Counted from the first letter of the stretch, positions 43,788 to 58,162 are shown. The stretch: DNA of 64,000 bases from an uncultured SAR86 cluster bacterium (GCA_902528215.1 CABZRR010000001.1:128620-192619), one strand, 5' to 3'. Numbers and translations: made by a program. Notes: generated by a model not told the origin, from the letters alone.

Positions 43788-44885
43788 ATGGAAATAACCT
43801 TAAAAAAAGAGGATATTGTTTCTGCTCTTAATATTACTCTAGGGGTTGTTGAAAAAAGACAAACACTTCCAATTCTCGCAAATGTTTTATTTCAAGTAGA
43901 TGAAAATTCATTTAAATTAACAGCAACAGACTTGGAGTCAGAGGTCACGACTAGCGGCTCTCTCTCAAGCAGTGAAGCACCAGGAAAATTAACAACATCT
44001 GCCAAGAAATTAAATGAGCTTTGTAGATTGATTCCTGATGGAGAGGAAATTAATTTTTCTTTAATATCTGATAAATTAAACATAAAAACTAAATATGGTA
44101 AGTACTCACTATCAACACTGCCCAGTGCTGACTTCCCCGTATTTGATATTGATTCAGGTGACATGCCACTGATAATTCCTGCTAAAGACTTGTTAGGGCT
44201 TATAAAAAAAACATCTTTTGCAATGGGTAATCAAGATTGGAGACATTATTTAAATGGTCTTTATATTTCAATTAGTGATGGACAAATAACTGCTGTTTCA
44301 ACAGATGCTCATAGACTGGCTGTAGCCAACATTCCCATTCATTCTGATCATTCATTTTCTGGAATCATACCTAGAAAGTCTATCAATGAGATGGCGAAAT
44401 TTCTTTCTGATCAGTCAGGAGATGCGGAGCTTAAAATTAATGATGCCTCTCTTGAACTCATGGTTGGAAATTTAATATTCAAAAGCAAATTAATTGATGG
44501 CCAGTTTCCAGATTATCAAAAAGTAATTCCATCTGGTGAAAGCTCTTTGTTGGAAATCAATGTGAAAGATTTCTCTGAAACCTTGAGTAGAGTTTCAGTT
44601 TTATCTAGTGAAAAATATAAAGGCATTCGACTGATTACTTCATCGGATGGAGTAAGAATCTCAGCTAACAATCCAGAGCAAGAAGAAGCGGAAGAATTTT
44701 TCCCTGCATCTTATAAGGGGGATGATTTAGATATCGCTTTTAATGTGACCTATTTGCAAGAAATAATGTCTCACATGCAAACAGATATATGCCACATAAA
44801 TTTTTTTGGATCTGAAAAAAGCTGCTTACTAACTCCTCCCAATGCAGATAGTCCTAAATATGTTGTAATGCCACTCCTAATTTAG
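43788..44885 (+). CDS. dnaN: DNA polymerase III subunit beta
   Basis: 365 aa. Called from synteny and the sliding-clamp sequence ending VVMPLLI. Confidence 0.95.
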   Translation: MEITLKKEDIVSALNITLGVVEKRQTLPILANVLFQVDENSFKLTATDLESEVTTSGSLSSSEAPGKLTTSAKKLNELCRLIPDGEEINFSLISDKLNIKTKYGKYSLSTLPSADFPVFDIDSGDMPLIIPAKDLLGLIKKTSFAMGNQDWRHYLNGLYISISDGQITAVSTDAHRLAVANIPIHSDHSFSGIIPRKSINEMAKFLSDQSGDAELKINDASLELMVGNLIFKSKLIDGQFPDYQKVIPSGESSLLEINVKDFSETLSRVSVLSSEKYKGIRLITSSDGVRISANNPEQEEAEEFFPASYKGDDLDIAFNVTYLQEIMSHMQTDICHINFFGSEKSCLLTPPNADSPKYVVMPLLI

Positions 44886-44888
44886 GAA

Positions 44889-48468
<3,580 letters not shown>

Positions 48469-48621
48469 AATCCAAATTTTACAAATATATTGGAGTTTCG
48501 ATGTTGAGAGGAATATCGATGTAGTAATAATAATTAAAGAGACAAAAATTAAGCTTATTAGAAAAACTAAATAAAATATTAAGATACTAATTATATGAAT
48601 TTACTAAATATAAACTTTTGT

Positions 48622-49971
48622 CTAGTTTACTATCAAGTCCTCCACATATTTTGAGAGTTCTGAGATCGCTATTCTTTTTTGTTGCATTGTATCCCTATCG
48701 CGAATGGTTACTGAATCATCATTAAGGGTTTCAAAATCTACTGTAATGCATAAAGGGGTTCCAACTTCGTCATGTCTTCTATAACTCTTTCCAATATTTC
48801 CTGAGTTCTCTAGTAAAACCCGGCCTAGCCTCAAACTTTGTAAAGTTTTTTTAATTTTTAATGCAATTTCAACTAATTCCTTTTTATTTTTCTTTAGAGG
48901 AATAACAGCCGCTTTAATTGGTGATAAATGAGGTTTAAGCTTTAGGACTGTTCTTGTTTTACCGTCTTCCAATTCCTCGACTTTGTATGCCTCATTTAAA
49001 ATAGCAAGTACGCCTCTATCAACTCCTGCCGAAGGCTCAATAACATATGGAATAAACCATTTTTTTGTTTCTATGTCTTGAAGTGCAAGTTTTGCATTTG
49101 ATTCATTGTTATCTGATACGTTTGAATGAATATCAAGTTCTTTTTGATTTTTACTATGTGACCCAAGATCAAAATCTGTTCTATTAGCAATGCCCTCTAA
49201 TTCTTCAAGACCGTGAGGAAATTTGTACATTATATCTACTGTGGCTTTAGAATAATGAGCAAGCTCGTTTGATGGCACATTGTACAGTTCAATATTATCT
49301 TTACTTATCCCTTGTTCATCCCACCACTTAAGTCGGGCATCTATCCATTTTTTATGCCAGTCTTCATCGGTTCCAGGAGCAACAAAAAATTCAAGTTCCA
49401 TTTGCTCAAATTCCCTCACTCTAAATATAAAATTTCTTGGCGTTATTTCATTTCTAAATGCTTTACCAATTTGCGCAATTCCAAACGGGACCTTCCTAGA
49501 TGTAGAATCAACAACGTTCTTAAAGTTTGTAAATATATTTTGAGCAGTCTCAGGTCTTAGATATGCAAAAGAATCTTTATCCTCAACTGGCCCTACAGCC
49601 GTCTTAAACATTAGGTTGAATTGTCTTGGTTCTGTAAGATCTTCTTTCTTACAATGATCTGGAACTTGATCAGCGCGAAAACGTTGATTACAAGATTTAC
49701 AATCTACCATTGGATCTGAAAAAGTATCCTCATGACCTGAAAATTTTAAAACACTTGGTTTTGTTAAAATTGAAGCGTCTAAGCCCTCAACATCATCTCT
49801 ATCAAATACAATCTCCCTCCACCAAGCTTGTTTTAGGTTATTTTTAAGCTCAACACCCAATGGCCCATAATCATACAAACCTTGAAGACCTCCGTAGATT
49901 TCATTAGATTGAAATATAAAACCCCTTCTTTTGCAAAGAGCTACGAGTTCATCCATTGTTTTTGCTGTCAA
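48622..49971 (-). CDS. glyQS: Glycine--tRNA ligase, homodimeric (alpha2) type
   Basis: 449 aa. N-terminal [34 protein letters not shown] and class II motifs. It is a single polypeptide, not a glyQ/glyS pair. Confidence 0.9.
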   Translation of the reverse strand: MTAKTMDELVALCKRRGFIFQSNEIYGGLQGLYDYGPLGVELKNNLKQAWWREIVFDRDDVEGLDASILTKPSVLKFSGHEDTFSDPMVDCKSCNQRFRADQVPDHCKKEDLTEPRQFNLMFKTAVGPVEDKDSFAYLRPETAQNIFTNFKNVVDSTSRKVPFGIAQIGKAFRNEITPRNFIFRVREFEQMELEFFVAPGTDEDWHKKWIDARLKWWDEQGISKDNIELYNVPSNELAHYSKATVDIMYKFPHGLEELEGIANRTDFDLGSHSKNQKELDIHSNVSDNNESNAKLALQDIETKKWFIPYVIEPSAGVDRGVLAILNEAYKVEELEDGKTRTVLKLKPHLSPIKAAVIPLKKNKKELVEIALKIKKTLQSLRLGRVLLENSGNIGKSYRRHDEVGTPLCITVDFETLNDDSVTIRDRDTMQQKRIAISELSKYVEDLIVN

Positions 49972-50109
49972 AATTAGCCTTTATTTTAATATTTCAGAAA
50001 CTATATTATGCAGCTATTTTAATAATATCTATAGAATTTTTATGAACTCTATACTCACAACCCTATTAAATATTTAATTAAGAGTTGATAATTGACAAAA
50101 TGATCTGAA

Positions 50110-50973
50110 ATGAAAATATTTTTTTATATTTTATCGATTCTGCCTTTAAAGTTTATATTTTCTTTTTTAGATATTTTTTTTAAATTTTTACCGCTAAGTT
50201 TTTTAAGAATATTCTCTCCTTTCCAGATAACTAGAAAAAATTTGTCTATTGTTTTCCCGAATACAACTTCCCTTGAGTTAGACATGCTTGCAAAAGAAAG
50301 TTACAAAGAAACAATTAAAAGTTTATATGAAACTTTATATACATGGTCAAGGTCGTCTCATAAAATTATTCTAGAAGTTAAAAAGATTAATAACAGATTT
50401 TTATTAAACGCTTCAAATCATAAAGATGGATTAATTATTTTTGCTCCCCATAATCGAAGTATTGATTTTATGTTGAGATGGATAAGCACGCAAAGATCAC
50501 ACACATCCCTTTACAAGAAAATTAAGTTTAGTCCAATTGATAAATTCGTAAAAAAATTTAGAGAGGAAGAAAATTGTAAAATGGTTGAAACTGGAATAGG
50601 GGGCGTGAAGTCAATTCTGAATGCTTTAGAAAAAAATCAGATGACATGTATGGCATCAGACCAAGTCCCAGCTGATGGACTTGGAACCTATTCTAAATTT
50701 TTTGGACATGAATGTTATTCGTTTACTTTGGCTCCAAAATTGGCAAGAAAAACAAAGAAAGAAATTCTTTTAAGTTATCTTTCATATAAAAGAGATATTG
50801 GTCATATTATTAATTTAAAAAAACCTAGTGTCGAAATTTATGAAAAAAATGGTGTTCATGTGATGAATAAAGAAATAGAAGATGAGATCATGAAATCACC
50901 TTTAGAGTATGCTTGGGAATATAAAAAATTTAGAAAACTTTCAGGAGATATAAAAGATATCTATAAAAATTAA
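50110..50973 (+). CDS. Lipid A biosynthesis (LpxL/HtrB-like) lysophospholipid acyltransferase family protein
   Basis: 287 aa. N-terminal TM, a PHNRSIDF (HX4D/E-like) motif and a downstream ASDQVP segment. Confidence 0.55.
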   Translation: MKIFFYILSILPLKFIFSFLDIFFKFLPLSFLRIFSPFQITRKNLSIVFPNTTSLELDMLAKESYKETIKSLYETLYTWSRSSHKIILEVKKINNRFLLNASNHKDGLIIFAPHNRSIDFMLRWISTQRSHTSLYKKIKFSPIDKFVKKFREEENCKMVETGIGGVKSILNALEKNQMTCMASDQVPADGLGTYSKFFGHECYSFTLAPKLARKTKKEILLSYLSYKRDIGHIINLKKPSVEIYEKNGVHVMNKEIEDEIMKSPLEYAWEYKKFRKLSGDIKDIYKN

Positions 50974-52412
50974 CGCCGCCAAAAAGCTGGAGTAAACAAT
51001 ACAAGTAGAGTAAATATTTCTAGTCGTCCTAAAATCATCGCAAAGCATAAAATTATTTTTCCAACTTCACTTACGCTTTTATAGTTGCTAGCAACATCAC
51101 CCAAGCCAGGGCCTAAATTATTTAAACATGCTCCAATTGCAGAAAATGCAGATTCAAAATTTAATCCAGTTCCCAGCATTGCCATTAGTAAGAACATAAA
51201 AATAATTACATAAATAGAGAAAAATCCCCAAACCTTCCCACCAATTTTTGAGTCTATTACTTTATTTCCAATCTTTGTAGAAAGAACAGCATTTGGATGG
51301 ATGATACTTAAAATTTCTTTATAAGCTTGATTGAGCATAATTAAAACTCGCCAGGTTTTTATGCCTCCACCAACAGACTGTGAACAGGCTCCCATAAAAG
51401 CACCAACCAGCAAAAGATATGGTAAAAAACTTGGCCAAAGAGAGAAGTTTTCTGTGGTAAAACCTGAGGTTGTTACTATGGAAACGGTATGAAAAATCGA
51501 TGCCCTAAAAGTTAAAAAAAGATCCTCATATGAGTTACTTATAGTATGAAATATTAATGTTATTAAAATTATTGACATGACAACTGTCAAGAAGAATCGA
51601 AACTCTGAATCATAAAAGTATCTTAGAGGTTTACCACCAAATATTGCTGCATAATGTACAGCAAATGAAGCTGCAGAAAGCAGCATAAAAATAATACAAA
51701 CAGCCTCTATAAGACCGCTATCAAAAAAACCTATACTCTTATCATGAGTTGAAAAACCGCCTCCAGCTACTGTGCTTAGACTATGCGCAATTGCATCAAA
51801 TAAATCCATGCCTGAAAGAATGTATAAAAGAGCACAAGCTAGGGTAAGACCAAAATAAATTTTCCATAGAGCTTTTGCACTGTCTGTTATTTTTGGGGTA
51901 AGCTTTTGATTACCATGACTGCCCGGAAGTTCCATCTTATATAATTGACTTCCTCCAATCCCGAGAGCTGGCATAACTGCAACAGCTAAAATTATTAATC
52001 CCATTCCACCAATCCACTGCAGAAGTTGTCGGTATAAGAGCAGAGACTTTGGTAGGTCATCAAGACCGACGATTAGAGTTGCTCCAGTAGTAGTTATTCC
52101 AGATACTGATTCAAAAATAGCATCATTAAAACTTAGACCAAAAAAGTAAAATGGTATTGATCCAGCGCAAGCTAAAACAACCCAGAACATAGTTGTGATA
52201 ATAAAGCCATCTGAAATATTTAGTGGAAGACCTTTTTGCCGACTGATAAACCACATAAGACCACCTAAAGAAATTAAAAATAAAAATGAGTATAAAAATA
52301 TTTCACTAAGTGGCTCATCATAAATAAAGGTAACTATTAAAGGGGGAACAAATGCAAAACTAAATATAGCAAGCAGAATACCTATAAGATTTAAAATCGA
52401 TTTGTAATTCAT
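50970..52412 (-). CDS. trkH: Trk-type potassium uptake protein TrkH
   Basis: 480-aa polytopic protein with repeated selectivity-filter-like SGxxTTG / GGFS segments. It overlaps the trkA stop. Confidence 0.9.
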   Translation of the reverse strand: MNYKSILNLIGILLAIFSFAFVPPLIVTFIYDEPLSEIFLYSFLFLISLGGLMWFISRQKGLPLNISDGFIITTMFWVVLACAGSIPFYFFGLSFNDAIFESVSGITTTGATLIVGLDDLPKSLLLYRQLLQWIGGMGLIILAVAVMPALGIGGSQLYKMELPGSHGNQKLTPKITDSAKALWKIYFGLTLACALLYILSGMDLFDAIAHSLSTVAGGGFSTHDKSIGFFDSGLIEAVCIIFMLLSAASFAVHYAAIFGGKPLRYFYDSEFRFFLTVVMSIILITLIFHTISNSYEDLFLTFRASIFHTVSIVTTSGFTTENFSLWPSFLPYLLLVGAFMGACSQSVGGGIKTWRVLIMLNQAYKEILSIIHPNAVLSTKIGNKVIDSKIGGKVWGFFSIYVIIFMFLLMAMLGTGLNFESAFSAIGACLNNLGPGLGDVASNYKSVSEVGKIILCFAMILGRLEIFTLLVLFTPAFWRR

Positions 52413-53770
52413 TAATCCTTTAGAAAAAGATTATCTATATTTTCTTTTTCAGTTTTGCCGAGTATAAAAACAATAATTTTATCGTTAGGTTTAAGAAGTA
52501 AATTTTTAGAATGCATAAAAATTTCATCCTGTCTTATTACTGCGGCAATTACACAATTCTTTGGCAGAGGTATTTCTGAAATTGGTCGATCAAAGAAGTT
52601 TTCCGTAAATTTATTTTTATGGATAACTCCTTCAATTGCCTCTGCTCCACTTTGCATCTTAAGCATTACTTCTTGGGGAACATCTCCTTTAGCAAGATGT
52701 TGCAGCACCATAGATACAGTTAATCTTTGTGGAGAAAGAGCTAAGTCAACAAAGTTCTTCGGTAGAATATTTATATATGTATAGTTATTTAAAATAATGA
52801 TAGTTTTTTTAGCACCCAGTTTTTTTGCTAAAAAAGCGGACATAATATTTGTTTCATCATCATTCGTTAAGGAGCAAAAAATATCAATATTCTCAATATT
52901 CTCACTTTTAAGCAGCTCTTCATCAGAGCCTTCCCCTTTTAGTACAATTGTTCTATTTAGCTTATTTGATATTATTTCACATCTGTCTTCACTTGGATCA
53001 ATGATTTTAATTTTGTAATTTTCTTCAAGGGCTTTTGCAAGCGCAAAGCCTATTTTACCTCCACCTACTATCATCATCCTCGAGGATGAATTATCTTGAA
53101 GCCTCATTTCTTGAACAACGCTATCAATATCGCTTTCTGCTGCTAAGAAATATATTTCATCATTTTCTTTAATAATTGTTTTGCCATCAGGTATTAGAGG
53201 TTTTCCTTTTCTATAAATAGCAGGAACAAAAGTATTTGTATCTGGCATATCGCTTTCAATGCTTTTTAACTCTCTATTGACTAACATTCCATCTTTTTTA
53301 GCTTTTACAGATACAACTTTTATTGATCCATTTGCAAATGACTCAATCTGCTCTGCACCAGGATGTTTGATTAAATCCACTAAGTGCTCAGTGACTTCAT
53401 TTTCAGGACTTATTGCAATATCAATATTATTTTCACCGAATGCACTTAAAGAGTCTAAATATTGCGCATCCGACAATCTGCAAATTGTTTTCTTTACATT
53501 AAACTTTGATTTTGCTATCTGACATGAGGTAATATTGCATTCGTCGCTATTTGTAACCGCTAACAAAATAGTTTCTTCATCAGCTCCTACTTTTTTTAAA
53601 GTATTAGGATATGATCCATGACCAACTTCAGTTGCCAGATCTAGATCTTCTTGAAGTCTCTGAAGTCTATCTTTATTTAAATCAACAATGCTGACCTCAT
53701 ATTGTTGCTTTGATAAAGTGGAGGCAAGACTGCTTCCAACCCTTCCAGCCCCAAGTATTAAAATTTTCAT
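52412..53770 (-). CDS. trkA: Trk system NAD-binding protein TrkA
   Basis: Two RCK/Rossmann N-domains (ILGAGRVGSSLA and IVGGGKIGFALA). Confidence 0.92.
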   Translation of the reverse strand: MKILILGAGRVGSSLASTLSKQQYEVSIVDLNKDRLQRLQEDLDLATEVGHGSYPNTLKKVGADEETILLAVTNSDECNITSCQIAKSKFNVKKTICRLSDAQYLDSLSAFGENNIDIAISPENEVTEHLVDLIKHPGAEQIESFANGSIKVVSVKAKKDGMLVNRELKSIESDMPDTNTFVPAIYRKGKPLIPDGKTIIKENDEIYFLAAESDIDSVVQEMRLQDNSSSRMMIVGGGKIGFALAKALEENYKIKIIDPSEDRCEIISNKLNRTIVLKGEGSDEELLKSENIENIDIFCSLTNDDETNIMSAFLAKKLGAKKTIIILNNYTYINILPKNFVDLALSPQRLTVSMVLQHLAKGDVPQEVMLKMQSGAEAIEGVIHKNKFTENFFDRPISEIPLPKNCVIAAVIRQDEIFMHSKNLLLKPNDKIIVFILGKTEKENIDNLFLKD

Positions 53771-53822
53771 TGTTATAAATTAAACCTCTTTTTATATAAT
53801 TGAAAGAATTGGCAAAATTTAA

Positions 53823-54743
53823 TTAGTCTTGAAAAAAATCAGCATACGAGTTTGCTGCATCTTTTGAAGATATGATATCTTTTCCAGGAAATTGTAAGTA
53901 AGTGATCACTATGGACTTATCGATTGTTTTCACAATTAATAAATTGTCTATAAAATAAAACTTCTTATTTGTGTTAGACATATTATTATTTTTATTAATG
54001 GCTATACCGTGAATTTTAATTTTTAAATCTTTCCATTCAAAATATAGGCCCGGCCAACCATAATAAGCTTTAAATTTTCTTAAAATGTTATCAGCTCCCT
54101 CTTGATCAAAATTTATCCTGCCAGAAAGTTTATCTATCTTTTTGCAATAACTTATGTTTTTTACATCTTGTTTAATTGGAACTATTTTATCGAGATATAT
54201 GTTAGAAAGATCTTTCTCAATATTTTTGATACTTAAGTATGTAAGTTTTTTTTCAAGAGTATTCTTATTATCTGAATTCAAGATTTCTTGAGTATGGAAA
54301 ACAAAAACTGGTCCTTCATCTAATCCGGCTGTCATTCTCATAATTGAAATTCCTGTCATTTTTTCACCATTTAGAAGAGCAGATTGAATTGGCGACGCAC
54401 CTCTATATTTTGGTAATAATGAATAATGGATATTAATTGAATCTTTGGAAGGAGTTTTCAGCAGCCATTCAGGCAATATCTTCCCATATGCTGCAACTAA
54501 TAAAATATCAAACTTGAGTTGTAAAATTGTCTCCTTAAAACTTTCATCTAGATTTTGGGGTTTATATACATTTATACCATTTTTTTCTGCTACGGATGCA
54601 ACATAAGAAGGTTCTGCTGAAGTACGTCTTTTTGACCTCTTATCTGGTTGACTTATGACCCCAATAACCTCATTAGATCCATCAATCAACGATTCAAGGA
54701 TTAAGGAGGAGGATTGAGATGAGCCCGCATATAAAATCTTCAT
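53823..54743 (-). CDS. fmt: Methionyl-tRNA formyltransferase
   Basis: 306 aa with HYSLLPKYRGASPIQ and def-fmt synteny. Confidence 0.92.
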   Translation of the reverse strand: MKILYAGSSQSSSLILESLIDGSNEVIGVISQPDKRSKRRTSAEPSYVASVAEKNGINVYKPQNLDESFKETILQLKFDILLVAAYGKILPEWLLKTPSKDSINIHYSLLPKYRGASPIQSALLNGEKMTGISIMRMTAGLDEGPVFVFHTQEILNSDNKNTLEKKLTYLSIKNIEKDLSNIYLDKIVPIKQDVKNISYCKKIDKLSGRINFDQEGADNILRKFKAYYGWPGLYFEWKDLKIKIHGIAINKNNNMSNTNKKFYFIDNLLIVKTIDKSIVITYLQFPGKDIISSKDAANSYADFFQD

Positions 54744-54774
54744 ATGAAAAATCTTCTAAAATCTTCTAAAATCT
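54733..54774 (-). repeat. Four tandem copies of decamer GAAGATTTTW spanning the fmt start codon
   Basis: Minus strand reads cAGATTTTA GAAGATTTTA GAAGATTTTT cat atGAAGATTTTA. The last copy forms fmt codons 1-4. Confidence 0.85.
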
Positions 54775-54811
54775 GTAAACAATACCTTATTTTCGTATAT
54801 TTTCTTTTAAA

Positions 54812-55306
54812 TTACTGATTTAAGAGTTTTTTTCTAATTCTGTCTCGCTTTAGTGGTGAAATATAATCTACAAGCAGCTTGCCTTCCAAATGATCTATTT
54901 CATGTTGAAAACATACAGCAAGAAGACCCTCTGGCTCATCTTCGTAATTTTTTCCCTCAATATCTTGCCAATAAGCTTTTATTTTGTCTGGTCTAGTAAT
55001 TTCTTCCCTTACTCCTGGAATTGATAAACAACCTTCCTCGCATGAAAATAAACTTTTGTCGTCTAATACCTTAAATTCAGGATTAATAAATACTTTCGGA
55101 TTATTTTTTTCTTCAGATAAATCCATAACTACAATTCTTTTGTGAATATCAACCTGTGTTGCAGCTAAACCAATACCATTTTCTTCATACATCGTGTCAA
55201 GCATGTTCTCAGTAATTTTTATAAGACTTTTGTCGAATTCTTTTACTGGAGATGCAACTTTCCTCAATCTAGGGTCGGGAAATGTTAATATTTTTAATCT
55301 AGTCAT
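54812..55306 (-). CDS. def: Peptide deformylase
   Basis: Motifs GIGLAATQV, EGCLSIPG and HEIDHLEG. Confidence 0.95.
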   Translation of the reverse strand: MTRLKILTFPDPRLRKVASPVKEFDKSLIKITENMLDTMYEENGIGLAATQVDIHKRIVVMDLSEEKNNPKVFINPEFKVLDDKSLFSCEEGCLSIPGVREEITRPDKIKAYWQDIEGKNYEDEPEGLLAVCFQHEIDHLEGKLLVDYISPLKRDRIRKKLLNQ

Positions 55307-55370
55307 ATATACATTATATGTTGATTCTTTATAATCAACAGCACTAATTTTTATAAATAGGAGCTATTTT

Positions 55371-55865
55371 ATGTCCGACAGCCTTTCAGTTTCAATATTT
55401 ATGGGATCAAAATCTGATTTACCCATCGTTCAAGCAGCATCAGATACATTAAAAGATTTTGGAATATCGCATAAAATGTTTATTTTATCTGCACATAGAA
55501 CCCCAGAAGAAGTTGTAAAAAGAGTAAAAGAGTCAGAGGCAAATGGAGTGAAAGTATTTATAGCTGCAGCTGGTATGGCAGCACATTTAGCTGGTGCCAT
55601 TGCTGCTCAAACAAAAAAACCAGTTTTAGGTATTCCTTTAGGTGGAGGTGATCTTGACGGAATGGATTCCTTGCTAGCCACAGTGCAAATGCCAAAAGGG
55701 GTTCCTGTAGCAACATTCGCAATAGGAAAATCCGGTGCTATTAATGCAGCAATTTGTGCAGCACAGATTATAGGCACAAGTGATAATGAAATGGCAAAGA
55801 AATTAGATGAGTACAAATTAAAAATGCACGCAGATGTAACAGAAGCTAACGAATCTATTCAGTAA
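55371..55865 (+). CDS. purE: 5-(carboxyamino)imidazole ribonucleotide mutase
   Basis: 164 aa with GSKSD, SAHRTP and AAGMAAHLAG motifs. Confidence 0.93.
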   Translation: MSDSLSVSIFMGSKSDLPIVQAASDTLKDFGISHKMFILSAHRTPEEVVKRVKESEANGVKVFIAAAGMAAHLAGAIAAQTKKPVLGIPLGGGDLDGMDSLLATVQMPKGVPVATFAIGKSGAINAAICAAQIIGTSDNEMAKKLDEYKLKMHADVTEANESIQ

Positions 55866-55868
55866 AAA

Positions 55869-56426
55869 TTGAACAAATTTTTAAATCCTGAGGATGCCAC
55901 TAAATGGTTAAATCAAGGAAAAATATTAATACACCCTACAGAGGGAGTGTGGGGGATTGGTTGCGATGCTTTTAATCCATTAGCAGTAGAAAAGGTGAAT
56001 ACTCTTAAGCAAAGAGATCCATCCAAAGGTTTAATATTACTGGCTTCCTCAATGCAAAATGCACTCCAGTATTTTCAACCACTCTCAGAGCAACAAAACT
56101 CATTTGTAAGGGATCACTGGCCTGGACACACAACTATAATTTTTAATTCAAGTGATAAAGTTCCATTTCATTTAAAATCTATAGATAATACTATTGCAGT
56201 GAGAGTAAGTAATCACAAACCACTAGTGAGTTTGCTATCTTTTTTTAATAATTTAATGGTTTCTACCTCTGCCAATATAAGCAATTTGCCAACTCCTAAA
56301 AGGCCTGAAGACATTGCTAAGACCTTTGATGATCCAGACGTAGCATTTTATTATTTTAACAATGGAGGATTAAAAAAACCTTCCTCTATAATTGATCTAA
56401 ATACCATGGAATATATTCGTGAATAA
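55869..56426 (+). CDS. tsaC: L-threonylcarbamoyladenylate synthase (TsaC/YrdC type)
   Basis: TTG start. YrdC-domain pattern IHPTEGVWGIGCDA ... STSAN. Confidence 0.85.
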   Translation: MNKFLNPEDATKWLNQGKILIHPTEGVWGIGCDAFNPLAVEKVNTLKQRDPSKGLILLASSMQNALQYFQPLSEQQNSFVRDHWPGHTTIIFNSSDKVPFHLKSIDNTIAVRVSNHKPLVSLLSFFNNLMVSTSANISNLPTPKRPEDIAKTFDDPDVAFYYFNNGGLKKPSSIIDLNTMEYIRE

Positions 56427-57354
56427 GCTCACAAATAAAGAACTCAAAAAGCTTGAATCTGTCTTCACCAAGATACAAAGAGATATTGAAAATGGGATAA
56501 ATACTCTTTTCACTTCTCCCCCAATTAGAGTTGCTAAGGTGTGGAAAAGAGATCAAGGAGGTGGAGGAAAGTCTATTTCAATTACCGGCGATACAATTGA
56601 AAAAGCTGCTATTAATTTTTCATCAATATCCGGTAAACAACTACCTCAATCATCAATTGCTGAAGAACTCAAAACAAAGTCTCATAAATTCCATGCCATG
56701 GGGGTTTCTGTAATTGCTCATCCCATGAATCCGTTTTGTGCAACCAGTCATATGAATGTTAGGATATTTCTAGAGCTAGGTAAAAATAATTTAATTGAAA
56801 ATTGGTGGATTGGAGGAGGTTTTGATCTAACTCCGTTTTTTCCAACTAAAAATGAGTCATCTATTTGGCATTCGAATGCAAAAGGTTGCTTGGATAATTT
56901 TGATCCAAAGTATTATAAAAAATTTGCTAAAAATTGCGATGAATATTTTTACTTGCCTCACAGAAAGGAAAAAAGGGGCATAGGCGGGGTATTTTTTGAT
57001 CAGCTTCAGCATAAAAAAATAGAAGATAGCCTAGATTTACTTAATGCTATTGCAAATTGCTATATTGAAACTTATGTAAGTCTTGTCAATTCCAATAAAA
57101 ATCAAAAATTTACAGCTGATGACAGAGAGTTTCAGTTATACAGGAGAGGAAGATACGTTGAGTTTAACTTGTTATTTGATAGAGGTACAAAATTTGGAAT
57201 TGAATCAAATGGCAGAACTGATTCAATACTTGCATCTATGCCTCCAGCTGTAAATTGGCCATTTCGGCTTTCTAAAAACATCATTAAAAATGAAAGTAAA
57301 CTTTTAAGATTCATAAATAAAAACTGGAATCAACATATAGATTATGAAATATAA
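56419..57354 (+). CDS. hemF: Oxygen-dependent coproporphyrinogen III oxidase
   Basis: Motifs HMNVRIF, WFGGGFDLTP-like WWIGGGFDLTPF, RGIGGVFFD and YVEFNL. Confidence 0.92.
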   Translation: MNKLTNKELKKLESVFTKIQRDIENGINTLFTSPPIRVAKVWKRDQGGGGKSISITGDTIEKAAINFSSISGKQLPQSSIAEELKTKSHKFHAMGVSVIAHPMNPFCATSHMNVRIFLELGKNNLIENWWIGGGFDLTPFFPTKNESSIWHSNAKGCLDNFDPKYYKKFAKNCDEYFYLPHRKEKRGIGGVFFDQLQHKKIEDSLDLLNAIANCYIETYVSLVNSNKNQKFTADDREFQLYRRGRYVEFNLLFDRGTKFGIESNGRTDSILASMPPAVNWPFRLSKNIIKNESKLLRFINKNWNQHIDYEI

Positions 57355-58162
57355 ATTAGGAGTTATTGGTGATCCAATTGAGCATTCTTTGTCTCCAAAA
57401 ATACATAACATCTTCTCAAAGCAGACAAATATTAATATTGACTATCAGGCTTATCATGTCCAAGAAAATAGCCTTGATAATTTTTTAAAAGATTTTTTTA
57501 GTAATGGGGGAGATGGTCTTAACATCACACTACCACATAAGATTAACTGTCTGCCTTTTGCAAACACTAAATCATCCCTTGTTAAATTAATTGGAGCTGC
57601 TAATACCTTGTGTTCAGATAGTTCAGGTAGAATTTTTGCAGAATCAACTGATGGCATTGGTTTAGTGCAAGATTTAAAAAATAAGTGTTCAATTTCTTCA
57701 GCTAATATTTTAATTTTAGGCGCAGGAGGCTCTGCTTTAAGCATTATTCCATCGCTTGACGCGTGTAAACCAAGAAACATAATTTTAGATAATAGGTCTA
57801 AAAATAATCTCGAAAGAGTAATTAAACGCTTCTCTGATTCAAATGAAATCCACTCAAGAATACTTAATCTTGACAACTTTAATGAAAATATAGATTTAGT
57901 TATCAATGCGACATCAACAGGTTTTTCGGGCTCATTTAATTGGCACAGAGTATTAAAAATAAATAACGAGACAGTGCTTTATGATCTTAGTTACAGCAAA
58001 GATCATAATCAAACTCCTTTTTTAAAATGGGGTAGTCAACGCTCTGAAAAATATTTCGATGGTTTTGGTATGTTAATTAACCAGGCGGCAGCATCATTTG
58101 CATTATGGACCGGTGAAGTGCCTAAAACAAATATCACTAAATTGGACTTAATAAATGACTAA
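57344..58162 (+). CDS. aroE: Shikimate dehydrogenase
   Basis: N-terminal GVIGDPIEHSLSPKIHN, NITLPHK and GAGGSA NADP motifs. Confidence 0.92.
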   Translation: MKYKLGVIGDPIEHSLSPKIHNIFSKQTNINIDYQAYHVQENSLDNFLKDFFSNGGDGLNITLPHKINCLPFANTKSSLVKLIGAANTLCSDSSGRIFAESTDGIGLVQDLKNKCSISSANILILGAGGSALSIIPSLDACKPRNIILDNRSKNNLERVIKRFSDSNEIHSRILNLDNFNENIDLVINATSTGFSGSFNWHRVLKINNETVLYDLSYSKDHNQTPFLKWGSQRSEKYFDGFGMLINQAAASFALWTGEVPKTNITKLDLIND

